The position numbers and the translations under genes are program-made. From NCBI GenBank assembly GCA_963733295.1, contig CAVTCS010000003.1:2464001-2528000 (forward strand): a DNA stretch of 64,000 nucleotides. The letters run 5' to 3'. Below the pieces are notes generated by a model, which ran no database searches, was not told where the DNA came from, and saw only the letters and a program-made list of their open reading frames with translations. This DNA comes from Vulcanimicrobiota bacterium (GTDB lineage: Bacteria > Vulcanimicrobiota > Vulcanimicrobiia > Vulcanimicrobiales > Vulcanimicrobiaceae). This document shows, one piece after another, positions 39,664-49,241 of this stretch (the first letter of the stretch is position 1; every line of letters starts with the position of its first letter).

Positions 39664-40564
39664 GCGAGAAGTTCGCGTTGGAGGGGTCAGATGCGTCGAG
39701 ATCGAGGCCAAATCGATCCTCAATCGCGTGCGCGGAATGCCCTTCGGGTGGTCGATCAATCCGTACCGCGGCTGCTATCACGCTTGCGTTTTCTGCTACG
39801 CGCGCCGCACCCACGAGTTCCTCGAGCGAAACGGCATCGACGAGTGGAGCTCGCTCATCTCGGTAAAAGTGAACGCTCCCGCGGTGCTGCGCGCGGAGCT
39901 CGCGAGCCCGTCGTGGCGGGGCGAGCACGTCGCGATCGGAACCGCGACCGATCCCTATCAGCCGCTCGAGGGTAGCTATCGCATCACTCGTCGCATCCTC
40001 GCGGAGCTCGCGCGCGCCAGAACCCCCGCGCATCTTATCACGCGCTCGCCGCTCGTGATCCGGGACATCGACGTGTTGCGCGAACTTTCGGCAGCCGCCG
40101 GCATCAGCGTCTGCGTGAGCCTACCCACGCTCGATGCCGGCATCGCGCGCCGAATCGAGCCGACGGTCGCGCCGCCCGCGCAGCGTCTGCGCGCGGTCGC
40201 AACGCTCGCGCGAGCGGGCATCCGCACCGGCATCGCGATCGCTCCGGTGTTGCCCGGAATCACCGACGGAGAATCACAACTCCGCGCGGTCTACGTCGCC
40301 GCCGCAGCGGCCGGCGCGAGCTTCGCCCGGCACGGTCTCCTCAACCTCGGCGAGGTCGCGCGCGACTCGTACTTCGCATTTCTCGAGCGCGACCGTCCCG
40401 AGCTCGTGGAAGAGTACGAACGGCTCTATCGCGCAAAGTACGCGCCGCGCGAATTCACCAAGACGATCGCGACGCGCGCCGATGCGGCGCGTCGGGAAGT
40501 GCGTTTCGATCCGCCGCAGACGATCGGGGTACGGCCCCGACTCGTTCAACTCTCGCTCTTATGA
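39662..40564 (+). CDS. Radical SAM protein, Rv2578c/SplB-like
   Basis: SINPYRGCYHACVFCYAR, GTATDPYQP.E, IEP. Confidence 0.92.
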   Translation: MREVRVGGVRCVEIEAKSILNRVRGMPFGWSINPYRGCYHACVFCYARRTHEFLERNGIDEWSSLISVKVNAPAVLRAELASPSWRGEHVAIGTATDPYQPLEGSYRITRRILAELARARTPAHLITRSPLVIRDIDVLRELSAAAGISVCVSLPTLDAGIARRIEPTVAPPAQRLRAVATLARAGIRTGIAIAPVLPGITDGESQLRAVYVAAAAAGASFARHGLLNLGEVARDSYFAFLERDRPELVEEYERLYRAKYAPREFTKTIATRADAARREVRFDPPQTIGVRPRLVQLSLL

Positions 40565-40586
40565 GCCGCCGGCGCGCACGCTGCTG

Positions 40587-42194
40587 TCAGATGTAGCGGC
40601 GCACCTTCGGCCACCATTGGGCCATGCTCTCGACGGGTTGCGTGCACTTGTAGATCGGCAGCGTGTTTTGATCGGGCAGCAGGTATTCGTCGTGAAACGT
40701 CCCGACGCGCTCGACACGGCGGAACTCCGTGCGGAGCAGGGACGGTTCGACGCCGATCGCAAGAACGACCCGGCCCGAAGCGCCGCGCGGCCCGTAGATG
40801 TAGTAGTTGTTGTGTCCGCTGATCGCATGCGGAAGGTGATAGCGCGAGCCGAAGAAATCGATTGCCGAGGCTTGACCGTAGTTGCCGGTCAGAATCGCGG
40901 CTTCACGCTGCTCGGCGGGCGTCAGCGCATCGTAGGCTCCCGCCATCGAGCGAACGAGCACGTCCCAACCCAGCATGTCGGCGAAGTGCTGGGGCACTTT
41001 GCCCACGGGATGCCGTTCCATTTTGATGCCGCGAACGTCGAAGAGGTTCTGATAGGCGAGGTACGATTGCATCGGAAGAATCGGGAACGCGAGCGGCGCG
41101 ATCAGCGCGCCGCTGACGAACAAGCCGATCGGGTAGGCGATGCGGGCCCAGCGCAGGTCACGTAAGGCACGCTCGATCGGCACGCCTCCGGCGGCGATCA
41201 GCACGGGATAGATCGGCGCGAGGTAATACACCTTCGCGCCGAGCGCGAGGTAGAGCGCCGAGAGAATGAAGTAGGTGTAGCCGTACCAGCGCAGTCGCGA
41301 AGTTTCCGGCGACGCGAGCAGATAGACGAGCCCCGCGATCCAGAGCGGAGCCGCGAGCGGATTCATCATCAAGACTTGTTGCAGGTAGAACTCGAGGGGC
41401 CCGACGACGACGTTCTTCTCACTGGAGGCCGCACGCAGAACCTCGAGTTGCGGCCAACCATGCGCGTACTGCCAGACCAGCGACGGCGCGACGAGTGCCG
41501 CTGCGATTGCGGCCGCGAGATAGAAACCGGGCCGACGGAAAGCTCGCCGCGCCGGCGTCAGAGCGACGGCGATCAGACCACAGCCTTCAAAGAAGAACAT
41601 CGTGTATTTGTTGTCGAGGCCGAGACCGACGACGGCGCCGAGCGCGGCCCACAGTACCCACGTATTCTTTTCTTCGGCCTTGATGAAAAGGTAGGCGGCG
41701 CTCATCCAGAGGAGCGGCTCGAACGCGTTCATCGTCAGCAGGTTGCCGACCGCGAGGTAAAACGGCGCGAGCGCGAGCGCGAGCATCGCCAATCCCTGCG
41801 CGAACGGGCCACCGCCGAGCGAACGCGCGAGACGCCCGGTAAGCACGACGGTCGTCGCGCCGGCAAGGGCGGGCAAGAGGCGCAGCGCGGTAAGCGAGTC
41901 TCCGAAAAGCGAAATTGCGATGCGCGCGATCAGCGCGATGAGCGGCGGCTGGTCGACGTAACCCCATGCGAGGTGGCGCGCGCACGAGACGAAGTACAGC
42001 TCGTCGCGCTGATATCCGTATCCGCCGCTCGCAGCGATGTGCAAGACAAAAGTCAGAATGCCCGCGGCGGCTGCGAGCAGCCACGACGCATCGAGACTGA
42101 AGGATTCGGCCCGAACCTCTTGGGATTGAGCAACATGACCCACGGCTCGGTAGCTCACAAGACCCTCTTTTGTCAGACTTTCATCGACTCGCAT
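40587..42194 (-). CDS. GT39/ArnT-like membrane glycosyltransferase (start uncertain)
   Basis: RDELYF, GYVDQPPL, NKYT, ISGHNNYY. Confidence 0.9.
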   Translation of the reverse strand: MRVDESLTKEGLVSYRAVGHVAQSQEVRAESFSLDASWLLAAAAGILTFVLHIAASGGYGYQRDELYFVSCARHLAWGYVDQPPLIALIARIAISLFGDSLTALRLLPALAGATTVVLTGRLARSLGGGPFAQGLAMLALALAPFYLAVGNLLTMNAFEPLLWMSAAYLFIKAEEKNTWVLWAALGAVVGLGLDNKYTMFFFEGCGLIAVALTPARRAFRRPGFYLAAAIAAALVAPSLVWQYAHGWPQLEVLRAASSEKNVVVGPLEFYLQQVLMMNPLAAPLWIAGLVYLLASPETSRLRWYGYTYFILSALYLALGAKVYYLAPIYPVLIAAGGVPIERALRDLRWARIAYPIGLFVSGALIAPLAFPILPMQSYLAYQNLFDVRGIKMERHPVGKVPQHFADMLGWDVLVRSMAGAYDALTPAEQREAAILTGNYGQASAIDFFGSRYHLPHAISGHNNYYIYGPRGASGRVVLAIGVEPSLLRTEFRRVERVGTFHDEYLLPDQNTLPIYKCTQPVESMAQWWPKVRRYI

Positions 42195-42995
42195 CGCTAC
42201 TTCGAACCGGAGACCCTTCCGTGGCCGAAACTCGATGACTCAACCATCGACCGCTTACGTTCGATTCCCTTTTGGCCCGTTGCACTGGCGGCCGAAAGAA
42301 ATGCGGGGAAAATGGTTTCCGGTTTTGCCGGCTTGGTCGAGGACCCGTTGATCCACCAGGCCCTGGCCGTGCAGGGCGTCGAGGAGACGCGCCACGCCCG
42401 GATCCTCGAGTGCATGCTCGCGCACTATGAGATCTCCGTCGCGCAGCACCCAGGCAACGAGTGGAAATTGAACCGCCGCTCCTTCATCGATTTCGGATAC
42501 GAGGAGTGCATCGACGCCTTCTTCGGCTTCGGCATCTTCGGACTGGCGCGTCAGATCCAGCTCTTTATTCCCGAACTGACGGACATCTTCGAAGTGATTC
42601 TCATTGAAGAAGCGCGCCACGTCACGTTCTTCGTGAACTGGATCGCCTACGAGCGAGTGCATCGGGGTCTCGGCTCGTTGCCCGCGACGGCCGTCGCCAC
42701 CGCGCTCGGCTATGCCCGCGCGCTGCGGCGCATCGTCGCCACCTTCGCGCCGACCGCTGCGGCGCAAAGGACGCAAGGGCCCGGCTTTGCGGCCGAAGGA
42801 GCCTTCGCAGTCGTCGGGGATATCACGTGGCGTCAGTTTCTGCGCTCCTGCGTCAGCGAAAACAATCGCTATCTGTGTACGTTCGATCCGCGACTTTTGC
42901 GTCCGCGCGTGCTGCCCTGCCTCGCGAAGGTGGTCCTCGCACTGCCCGCATTTCCGGCGCCGAAGAACCGGACGACCGCTCCTTCCTCGGTTTAA
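42135..42995 (+). CDS. Ferritin-like diiron domain protein
   Basis: Two ExxH motifs (EETRH, EEARH) plus YEECID; ATG at 42135. Confidence 0.85.
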   Translation: MTHGSVAHKTLFCQTFIDSHRYFEPETLPWPKLDDSTIDRLRSIPFWPVALAAERNAGKMVSGFAGLVEDPLIHQALAVQGVEETRHARILECMLAHYEISVAQHPGNEWKLNRRSFIDFGYEECIDAFFGFGIFGLARQIQLFIPELTDIFEVILIEEARHVTFFVNWIAYERVHRGLGSLPATAVATALGYARALRRIVATFAPTAAAQRTQGPGFAAEGAFAVVGDITWRQFLRSCVSENNRYLCTFDPRLLRPRVLPCLAKVVLALPAFPAPKNRTTAPSSV

Positions 42996-43026
42996 CACAA
43001 CGTTTTTTGGATTACCCACTTGGGCC

Positions 43027-45156
43027 TCAGGCGTCCCGTTTCGCGGCGAGGATCGCGATTGCGTCGCCGGGAGCGATCCCGCGCAGTTCCTCCGCGGCGA
43101 GCGCAAGAACTTGCTGCGAGTCGGCGAGGGTTCCGAGGTCGGCGACCCGCGAGCCGTAGGCGAGCGCGATCTCCGGCAGCGCGCGCCCGACGTCACCGAA
43201 CGAGGTTGCGTCGTCGAGGATCTGCTCGAGCGCGGCGACCGCGCGCGCCGCGGTCGTCGCCCGGACCACGGCTCGGCGCGCGATGAACCGCACGACTCCG
43301 GCACGATCGACCACGCAAGCATCGTGCGCGCCACGCGACCGCGCCCGGTAGACCTCAAACTCCTCGCACTCTACAGCGAGTTCGAGCGCCGCGGGCGCGA
43401 CGCGTAGCGCGCGAGCGGCGGCGGCGCGCCGTGCTTCGAGGCTTACCGGTTCCTTGCGGCGCGAATCGCCCGCCGCAGCCGTCGCGCCCGAGGCGATCGC
43501 GCGCACGAGATTGCGGCGCGAATCGATTTCGACGGTCGCTTCGACGAGCTCGGGCGCGGCACCGGCCGCCACGACGCGCTCGATCGCTTCGCGCCGCACG
43601 CGCACGACGTCGTCCGGCCCGGGATCGACGACCGTGCGTTCGACGACGTCCCGAACCAGCGCCAGTGCGACGCCGAGCGGCGAGATCACTTCGGCATCGC
43701 GCGCGATGCGGAACTCAAAACCAAGCGTTTGCGCCGCAAACGGAACGAGCGCTGCCGCACCGCCGCCGCCGCCCACGAGCTCGATCGCTTCCGCGGCGAG
43801 ATCGTAGTCGTCGATCAGCTCGCGCAGTGCGACCGCAAGCTTCGCGGTAGCTCTTTCGAGCACGGCGCGCGCGAGTTGCAGCCGATCGCACGCGAGGTGC
43901 CGGGCGGCGGCATCGAAGGCGAGGCCGGCGCTGACCGCGTCGCCACGCGCGAAATCGCCGGCGCCGACGTATTCGAGGAGGTTCGCGGCGCACGTCGGGG
44001 TGAGCGCGCAGCGGCTTCCGTCGTGCAGCTCGAGCGCCAGGTAGTCATCGGGATCACCGGGCAGCGGCCGCACGAAGATCGCGCGCGCCCCGGAAAGCGC
44101 TTCGGGCGGCAAGAAACTGGCGTAGCGCAAGCCCGCGATATGCGCGGAGCGCGGGCCGACGTCGCGTAGCGCGGCGACGCCGCGTCCGTTGGGATCGAGC
44201 CGCAAGAGGCTCCCGCCCGCGACCGCCAGCGTGCGAACGTCGAGCGTCCGCAACATCGTGCGATGGCCGCCGACCCGCGCCGGCCGCATCTGCGGTTGAC
44301 CGCGCCGGATCACCGAACAGTCCGCGCTCGTCCCGCCGACCTCGATGAAGATGCCGTCGGTGACGTTCTCGTGGAGCAGCGCTCCCGCGATGCCGGCAGC
44401 CGGTCCCGAAAGCATCGTGAGAATCGGCCTCCGCGCGACCTCGCGCACGTCCATCACTCCGCCGTCGCTGCGCATGATCATGAGCGGAACACCGATCCCC
44501 GCGCTTCGAGCCGCCTCGGCGGTCATTTCGCTCGTGCGAAGCATGCGCGGCAGAATCGCCGCATTGAGGACCGCGGTGCGCGTGCGAGCGCGCAAGCCGT
44601 ACATCGAAGAGACCTCGTGTCCCGAGGTCGCGAGCATGCCGCGCGCGTGCGCCGCATCGACCGCTTGCGTTTCGCGGGCGGGCCGGTCGACGCCGAATGC
44701 CGCGCTCGCCGCGATCGCTCCGACGCCGTGCGCGGCGAGCGCATCCAGCGCGCGCCCGATCGCCGCGGCATCGCCCGCTCGCGCGTAGGCAATGGGCGAG
44801 CTCAATACGGCATTCGGACCCAGGGGCAGCGGCGGCAACCGGATTTGACGGCGCGCGAGCCAGTCGAAGCGATCGTGGAGCGCGAGCGTTCCGACTTTGG
44901 CGACGTCGCCTTCAAGAAGTGCGTTCGTCGCCTGCGTCGTAGAATGCGCGAGGAAGGCGATGCGCGCTACCTCGACGCCGGGCGTGTCGAGCACTCGCCT
45001 CAGACCTGCGACGATTCCCGCCGCGACGCCTTCGGGCGCGTCGTGCGTCGTCGGTACCTTGACGCGCGCGACCAGCGTTCCGCTCGCAGCGTCGACCGCA
45101 ACGACGTCGGTAAAGGTCCCGCCGACATCGATCCCGACGCGCAACGCGCCGCTCAT
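43027..45156 (-). CDS. Hydantoinase/oxoprolinase family protein (A subunit type)
   Basis: GIDVGGTFTD, HSTTQATNALLE, MRSDGG, LSGPAAG, EVGGTS, AGGS. Confidence 0.93.
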   Translation of the reverse strand: MSGALRVGIDVGGTFTDVVAVDAASGTLVARVKVPTTHDAPEGVAAGIVAGLRRVLDTPGVEVARIAFLAHSTTQATNALLEGDVAKVGTLALHDRFDWLARRQIRLPPLPLGPNAVLSSPIAYARAGDAAAIGRALDALAAHGVGAIAASAAFGVDRPARETQAVDAAHARGMLATSGHEVSSMYGLRARTRTAVLNAAILPRMLRTSEMTAEAARSAGIGVPLMIMRSDGGVMDVREVARRPILTMLSGPAAGIAGALLHENVTDGIFIEVGGTSADCSVIRRGQPQMRPARVGGHRTMLRTLDVRTLAVAGGSLLRLDPNGRGVAALRDVGPRSAHIAGLRYASFLPPEALSGARAIFVRPLPGDPDDYLALELHDGSRCALTPTCAANLLEYVGAGDFARGDAVSAGLAFDAAARHLACDRLQLARAVLERATAKLAVALRELIDDYDLAAEAIELVGGGGGAAALVPFAAQTLGFEFRIARDAEVISPLGVALALVRDVVERTVVDPGPDDVVRVRREAIERVVAAGAAPELVEATVEIDSRRNLVRAIASGATAAAGDSRRKEPVSLEARRAAAARALRVAPAALELAVECEEFEVYRARSRGAHDACVVDRAGVVRFIARRAVVRATTAARAVAALEQILDDATSFGDVGRALPEIALAYGSRVADLGTLADSQQVLALAAEELRGIAPGDAIAILAAKRDA

Positions 45157-47192
45157 GCGCTTCGCGCGCCGCGCGCGTGCAGAGCCGCCTCGAAGAACGG
45201 CTCACCGAGCGTCACGGTCGTCTCGCGTCCGCCGCGTTTGACCACGAAGGTATGCGGTTTCCCGTCGTACGCGCGCTGCTGGCTTTGAAAGGTTCCGTAC
45301 TCCCACCAGAATTGGCCGTCGATTTTCTCGACGATGTCGTCGCTCCGCAAACCGGCGACATAGGCGGGTCCGCCGGGCCGTACGAACGCGCGCATTTGAC
45401 CGTCGCCCGTCTTGAATAGCGAATAGAAATACGTAGGAGCGGTACCGGGGCGATACGCGAGACCCCGCGAGAACAGCGAAGCCGCCAGCTCCGGATGCAT
45501 CAAACTCCAGGTGCGAACGCGAAAGAGATCGGCCAGCGCTGCTTCTTCGATTCGCGCGGAACAGGCTCGGCCGCCGCGCACGGCATCGCAGGTCTCGTGC
45601 CATTCATCGACGGGCCACGCTGCGCAGTCCTCGAGCGCGATGCCGACGTCGTTGCCCGCCACCAGCGGATCCCCGAACGGCTCGACGCTGACCACGAGCG
45701 CGGCCGCGTAGGGTTTCGAGGAACAGCCGGCGTCAGCGGCGGGCGCCCCCGTCAACAGCGCGCGATATCCGGACCAGCTGCGCAAGGCCGCAAAGACGAC
45801 GCCGGCGGCCGTCTTGGCGTTTTCGTCGGCGGGGACGACGGCGATCGTGTTCGCGGCAGCCGGCGGCGCGAACATTCCGACCGGCTCGGGCGTCGCAGCG
45901 GAAGCCGCTGCGAACGGCGGCGGTCCGGGAACGCCGAGCAGCGCCGGGCCGAACGCGACCGCGACGATCGCTGCGAACGTCGCGACCGCGACTTGGAACG
46001 GCAGCGTGATGCGCGTGATCTCCGCGACCGGGACGCCGGTGAAGTTCGCGACCCACACGTTCTGCGTGTTCGTCGGATCGCAAACGTTCTGAACCTGAAC
46101 CACGGCCATGACCGCCGCGACCAGCATGACCGGCGGCAAGATTCCCAACCCCGCGAGCACGGTGTAGACGGCGATACCGACACCGAAGGGATTGAGCGGT
46201 CCCCGGTACAGCGCGAGCGGACTGAACAACCCGAAAAGGGCGACGTAGGCGAACGCGTTGCGCGGAGCGATCGCGGTCACGAGCGGAGTAAGCGCGGAAC
46301 GCACCTCGCTCAAGCCGGTCGCGACCAGCAGCATGCCGATTCCCATGAAGAGCAGGATCGCCGGCGCGACGTCCTCGACGCCGCGAATCGCGGCTTTGAC
46401 GAAGACCGGAACCGCTTCGCGCGGCCGCGTGGTGAACACCGCGTAGAGCGCGGCGAGCAAGAACGCGAGAATCGGATCGAAGCCGAAGGCGAAGTAGAGG
46501 ACGATCGGCAACACCGGCGCGATCAAGGCCGGAAGCGGAACGCGCTTACGCGCCGGCGCTTCTTCGGGGACCAGCGCCCAGGCGGCATATCCCCGGGTGC
46601 TGCGAAAACGCACGACGACGAAGGCGACCAGCACCAGCAGATCGATCGCCGCAAGCGCCAACGCATACGGCTGCATCTGCTCGCGCTGGACGCCGAAGGT
46701 CTTCGTATAGAAGCCCCACTGGGAAACGTTGAAGATGAAACCCAGCGCATACGCGAGCATGAAAAGCGTCGCAGCGGTGCGGCGCGGAATCCCGATCGTA
46801 AGCATGATGGGCAAAACGATCGACCCGACCATGATGATCGCACCCAAACCGTAGAGCGAAGTGAACAGCGCGGCTACCGCCGCCGACAACACGAGCGCGA
46901 CCACCAGCGGACGGTCGCCGCCGAATTCGGCAGCGTAGGCGATGATCGTTTCAGCGATGCCGGTCGACATCGTGACCCGGCTGAGCAGCGCGCCGAAAAT
47001 GACGTACGCCATCACCGGCGCGAGGCGCACCGTCCCTTCGACGAGCACCGCTTGCAGCTCGCTGAAGCTCGAACCGGCCAACGCCGTCAGCGCCAGCGCC
47101 ATCGCCGGAACGGCGATCAAAGCCGGGAGTTTCCGCGCGAACATCAGCGCCGCGCACAGGGCGAAGACGCCCAGCATCGCGAGACCGGTCAC
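45153..47192 (-). CDS. Ion-transporter superfamily permease (citrate transporter/GntP-like) fused to a C-terminal PDZ-containing region
   Basis: Many TM helices, GIAETII..AAEFGGD, YRGPLN, CDPTNT; C-terminal VRPGGPAYVAGLRSDDIVEKIDG. Confidence 0.82.
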   Translation of the reverse strand: MTGLAMLGVFALCAALMFARKLPALIAVPAMALALTALAGSSFSELQAVLVEGTVRLAPVMAYVIFGALLSRVTMSTGIAETIIAYAAEFGGDRPLVVALVLSAAVAALFTSLYGLGAIIMVGSIVLPIMLTIGIPRRTAATLFMLAYALGFIFNVSQWGFYTKTFGVQREQMQPYALALAAIDLLVLVAFVVVRFRSTRGYAAWALVPEEAPARKRVPLPALIAPVLPIVLYFAFGFDPILAFLLAALYAVFTTRPREAVPVFVKAAIRGVEDVAPAILLFMGIGMLLVATGLSEVRSALTPLVTAIAPRNAFAYVALFGLFSPLALYRGPLNPFGVGIAVYTVLAGLGILPPVMLVAAVMAVVQVQNVCDPTNTQNVWVANFTGVPVAEITRITLPFQVAVATFAAIVAVAFGPALLGVPGPPPFAAASAATPEPVGMFAPPAAANTIAVVPADENAKTAAGVVFAALRSWSGYRALLTGAPAADAGCSSKPYAAALVVSVEPFGDPLVAGNDVGIALEDCAAWPVDEWHETCDAVRGGRACSARIEEAALADLFRVRTWSLMHPELAASLFSRGLAYRPGTAPTYFYSLFKTGDGQMRAFVRPGGPAYVAGLRSDDIVEKIDGQFWWEYGTFQSQQRAYDGKPHTFVVKRGGRETTVTLGEPFFEAALHARGARSA

Positions 47193-47202
47193 GCCGGCAC
47201 GG

Positions 47203-49236
47203 TCATCGAGCGCTGCCGCCGGATCCGAGAATCTCGTCGAACGACGGCAGGGTCTTCGCGTTGACGTATTGATAAGTCGCCGCATTGACGCGATCGGCGC
47301 GCACGATCGCGGTCTGCGCCCCGAGATCGTAGCGCTCGAGGACCGCGGCGACGTGGTCCGGACGGCTTTCGTACTCCCAGCTCGCGCGAACCGCCGGCTC
47401 GAGGCCGAGCAGCATGTCGCGCTGCTCCCAAAACAAATACTTGGTCACGTTGAGACCGCGATACAACAGTGCGTCGTTCTTGCCGCCTAGCTCGGCGCGC
47501 GCGTCGTCGTAGTAAGCTCGCGCCTCGGCGGCGATCTGCAGGTTACGCCCGAGGGTGTCGTAACGCCGGGCAGCCAGCTCCATCACCGCCGCTGCGTTGG
47601 CGTGCAGCGGGGGCGGCGGCGAGCTGCGCAGGTGCGCGAGCGCGTCCTCGGCCGCGAGCCGGAGGGCGGAGAGGTCCAGCTTCGTACCGATCGTCACCAG
47701 CGCCGGATCGAACGCGTCCGACCAGAACAAGTAGTTGCCGTACTCTCGCGGGCTGGCGCGCAACAGCGTGCGGCAGCGCGCGAGGTCGTTGAGATCGGCG
47801 GCATAGTGCGCGTCGTCGCTGCCGAAGAACGCGCTCGGGAAATCGCTCGCGAAGCGTTCGCGAGGCACGGGCGCGGATTCCCAAGCGTTCGCCGCCGCGT
47901 ACAGCACCGGATACCAGGTGGCCTCGTAGAGCGTCTCACCGTCGTCGTGCCAAACGGTTTGAAACAGCCCGAGGACGTGCGCCGCTTTTCCCTCGGTGAC
48001 GAAGCGCTCGATGTTCGTAAACGCGGCGTCGATGTCGGGATAGATCTCGTTCCAGTTGAGCGCTCCGGGCGCGACCATCTGTTCGAAACCGCCTGCGGCA
48101 ATGCGCTGGATATAAGGTACATACGTCTTCTCGGTCCCGTAGTGCCAGTTGACGAAGACGAGCTGCTTGGGCAGCGCAGAAAACATCTCGGGATGGCGCG
48201 AGAGCGCATCGTCCCAGATCATCGGGCGCGCGTGCGAGTGCGCCAGCACGAAGCCGGCCGTTTCGACGACGTGCTGCGTGTAGACCACGCCTTCGCCTTT
48301 CGCGGCGACGAGCGCGGCCGACCGGCCGCGTCCGAGATCCACCGGTTCGTCCGAGCCGATGTGAAAGAACGGCGGATTCGGCACGGCGGCGAGTTCGTCG
48401 CCGATCAGGTCGCGAACGTAGGCTTCGCCGCCGGGATTCGCAGGTGCCAGCAGCCAGCCGTGGGGGAGTTCGGCGAGCGGAGCGTAGCGTTCCCAGCGCA
48501 GTGTCTCGTGCATGTGCGCGAAGGTCTGCTGCTCGGGAATCAAGGCGACGTGAAAGTGCCGCGCGTAGGCATCCAGCTCGCGCAACTGTGCCGGCGTTAT
48601 ACCGTCGAGCGGTGCCGGCAGAGGATGCTTGGGATCGACGAAGACGTGCTCCATGTACGGTGAATAGCCGTTCATCTTGAACCCGGCGATCGTGCGGATG
48701 CGCTCCTCGAAGTAGCGCATCGTCGGCAACGGACCGCGCGAAACGTCATCCGAAAGCACGCGCCACGCGAGCGCCGGACGATCCTCGACGTGGACGCACG
48801 GCACTTTCCAGCCGCCGCCGCTGCGCACCGGCAGCTGTGCGAGCGTCATCCACGCGTAGAAAGTGCCGGCCGCGCTCGAGCCGCTGACACGCACGCCGCG
48901 CGCGTCGACGTCCAGACGGTACGCTTGCGCTTGGGTTCCGTTGCCCCCGGTCGATCCGGACACGTCGCGGACGATGCCGGCGCTCGCGCCGGCCGCCACG
49001 ATTCCGAGCGCCTTCCAGCGTTCGTCGATGAGCTCGCGTCCGGGCGAGTCCGCGGGCGAACGATCGACTCCGGCTAATATCGCGGACGCCTCGATCGCGC
49101 AACCTGGAAGGCGTTCGAGCCGCACCGGCCGCGGGATCAAATGAAGCTCCGGGACGTCGCCGGCATTCGCCGCCGTTTGAGGACCCGAGCCCAACACGAG
49201 AAAGAGGGCTAGAAACCCGAAGGCCGCTCCGCGCAC
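47203..49236 (-). CDS. Secreted GH20 beta-N-acetylhexosaminidase
   Basis: Signal peptide, LIPRP, DDVSRG, FHIGSDE catalytic motif, MIWDD. Confidence 0.92.
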   Translation of the reverse strand: MRGAAFGFLALFLVLGSGPQTAANAGDVPELHLIPRPVRLERLPGCAIEASAILAGVDRSPADSPGRELIDERWKALGIVAAGASAGIVRDVSGSTGGNGTQAQAYRLDVDARGVRVSGSSAAGTFYAWMTLAQLPVRSGGGWKVPCVHVEDRPALAWRVLSDDVSRGPLPTMRYFEERIRTIAGFKMNGYSPYMEHVFVDPKHPLPAPLDGITPAQLRELDAYARHFHVALIPEQQTFAHMHETLRWERYAPLAELPHGWLLAPANPGGEAYVRDLIGDELAAVPNPPFFHIGSDEPVDLGRGRSAALVAAKGEGVVYTQHVVETAGFVLAHSHARPMIWDDALSRHPEMFSALPKQLVFVNWHYGTEKTYVPYIQRIAAGGFEQMVAPGALNWNEIYPDIDAAFTNIERFVTEGKAAHVLGLFQTVWHDDGETLYEATWYPVLYAAANAWESAPVPRERFASDFPSAFFGSDDAHYAADLNDLARCRTLLRASPREYGNYLFWSDAFDPALVTIGTKLDLSALRLAAEDALAHLRSSPPPPLHANAAAVMELAARRYDTLGRNLQIAAEARAYYDDARAELGGKNDALLYRGLNVTKYLFWEQRDMLLGLEPAVRASWEYESRPDHVAAVLERYDLGAQTAIVRADRVNAATYQYVNAKTLPSFDEILGSGGSAR

Positions 49237-49241
49237 GGCCT

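Noticed and set aside
45495..47264. 589-aa plus-strand ORF and similar long ORFs (33252-35579, 21854-23599, 21888-23564, 49855-51393)
   Set aside because: Arg-rich shadow frames overlapping well-supported genes, as expected at high GC
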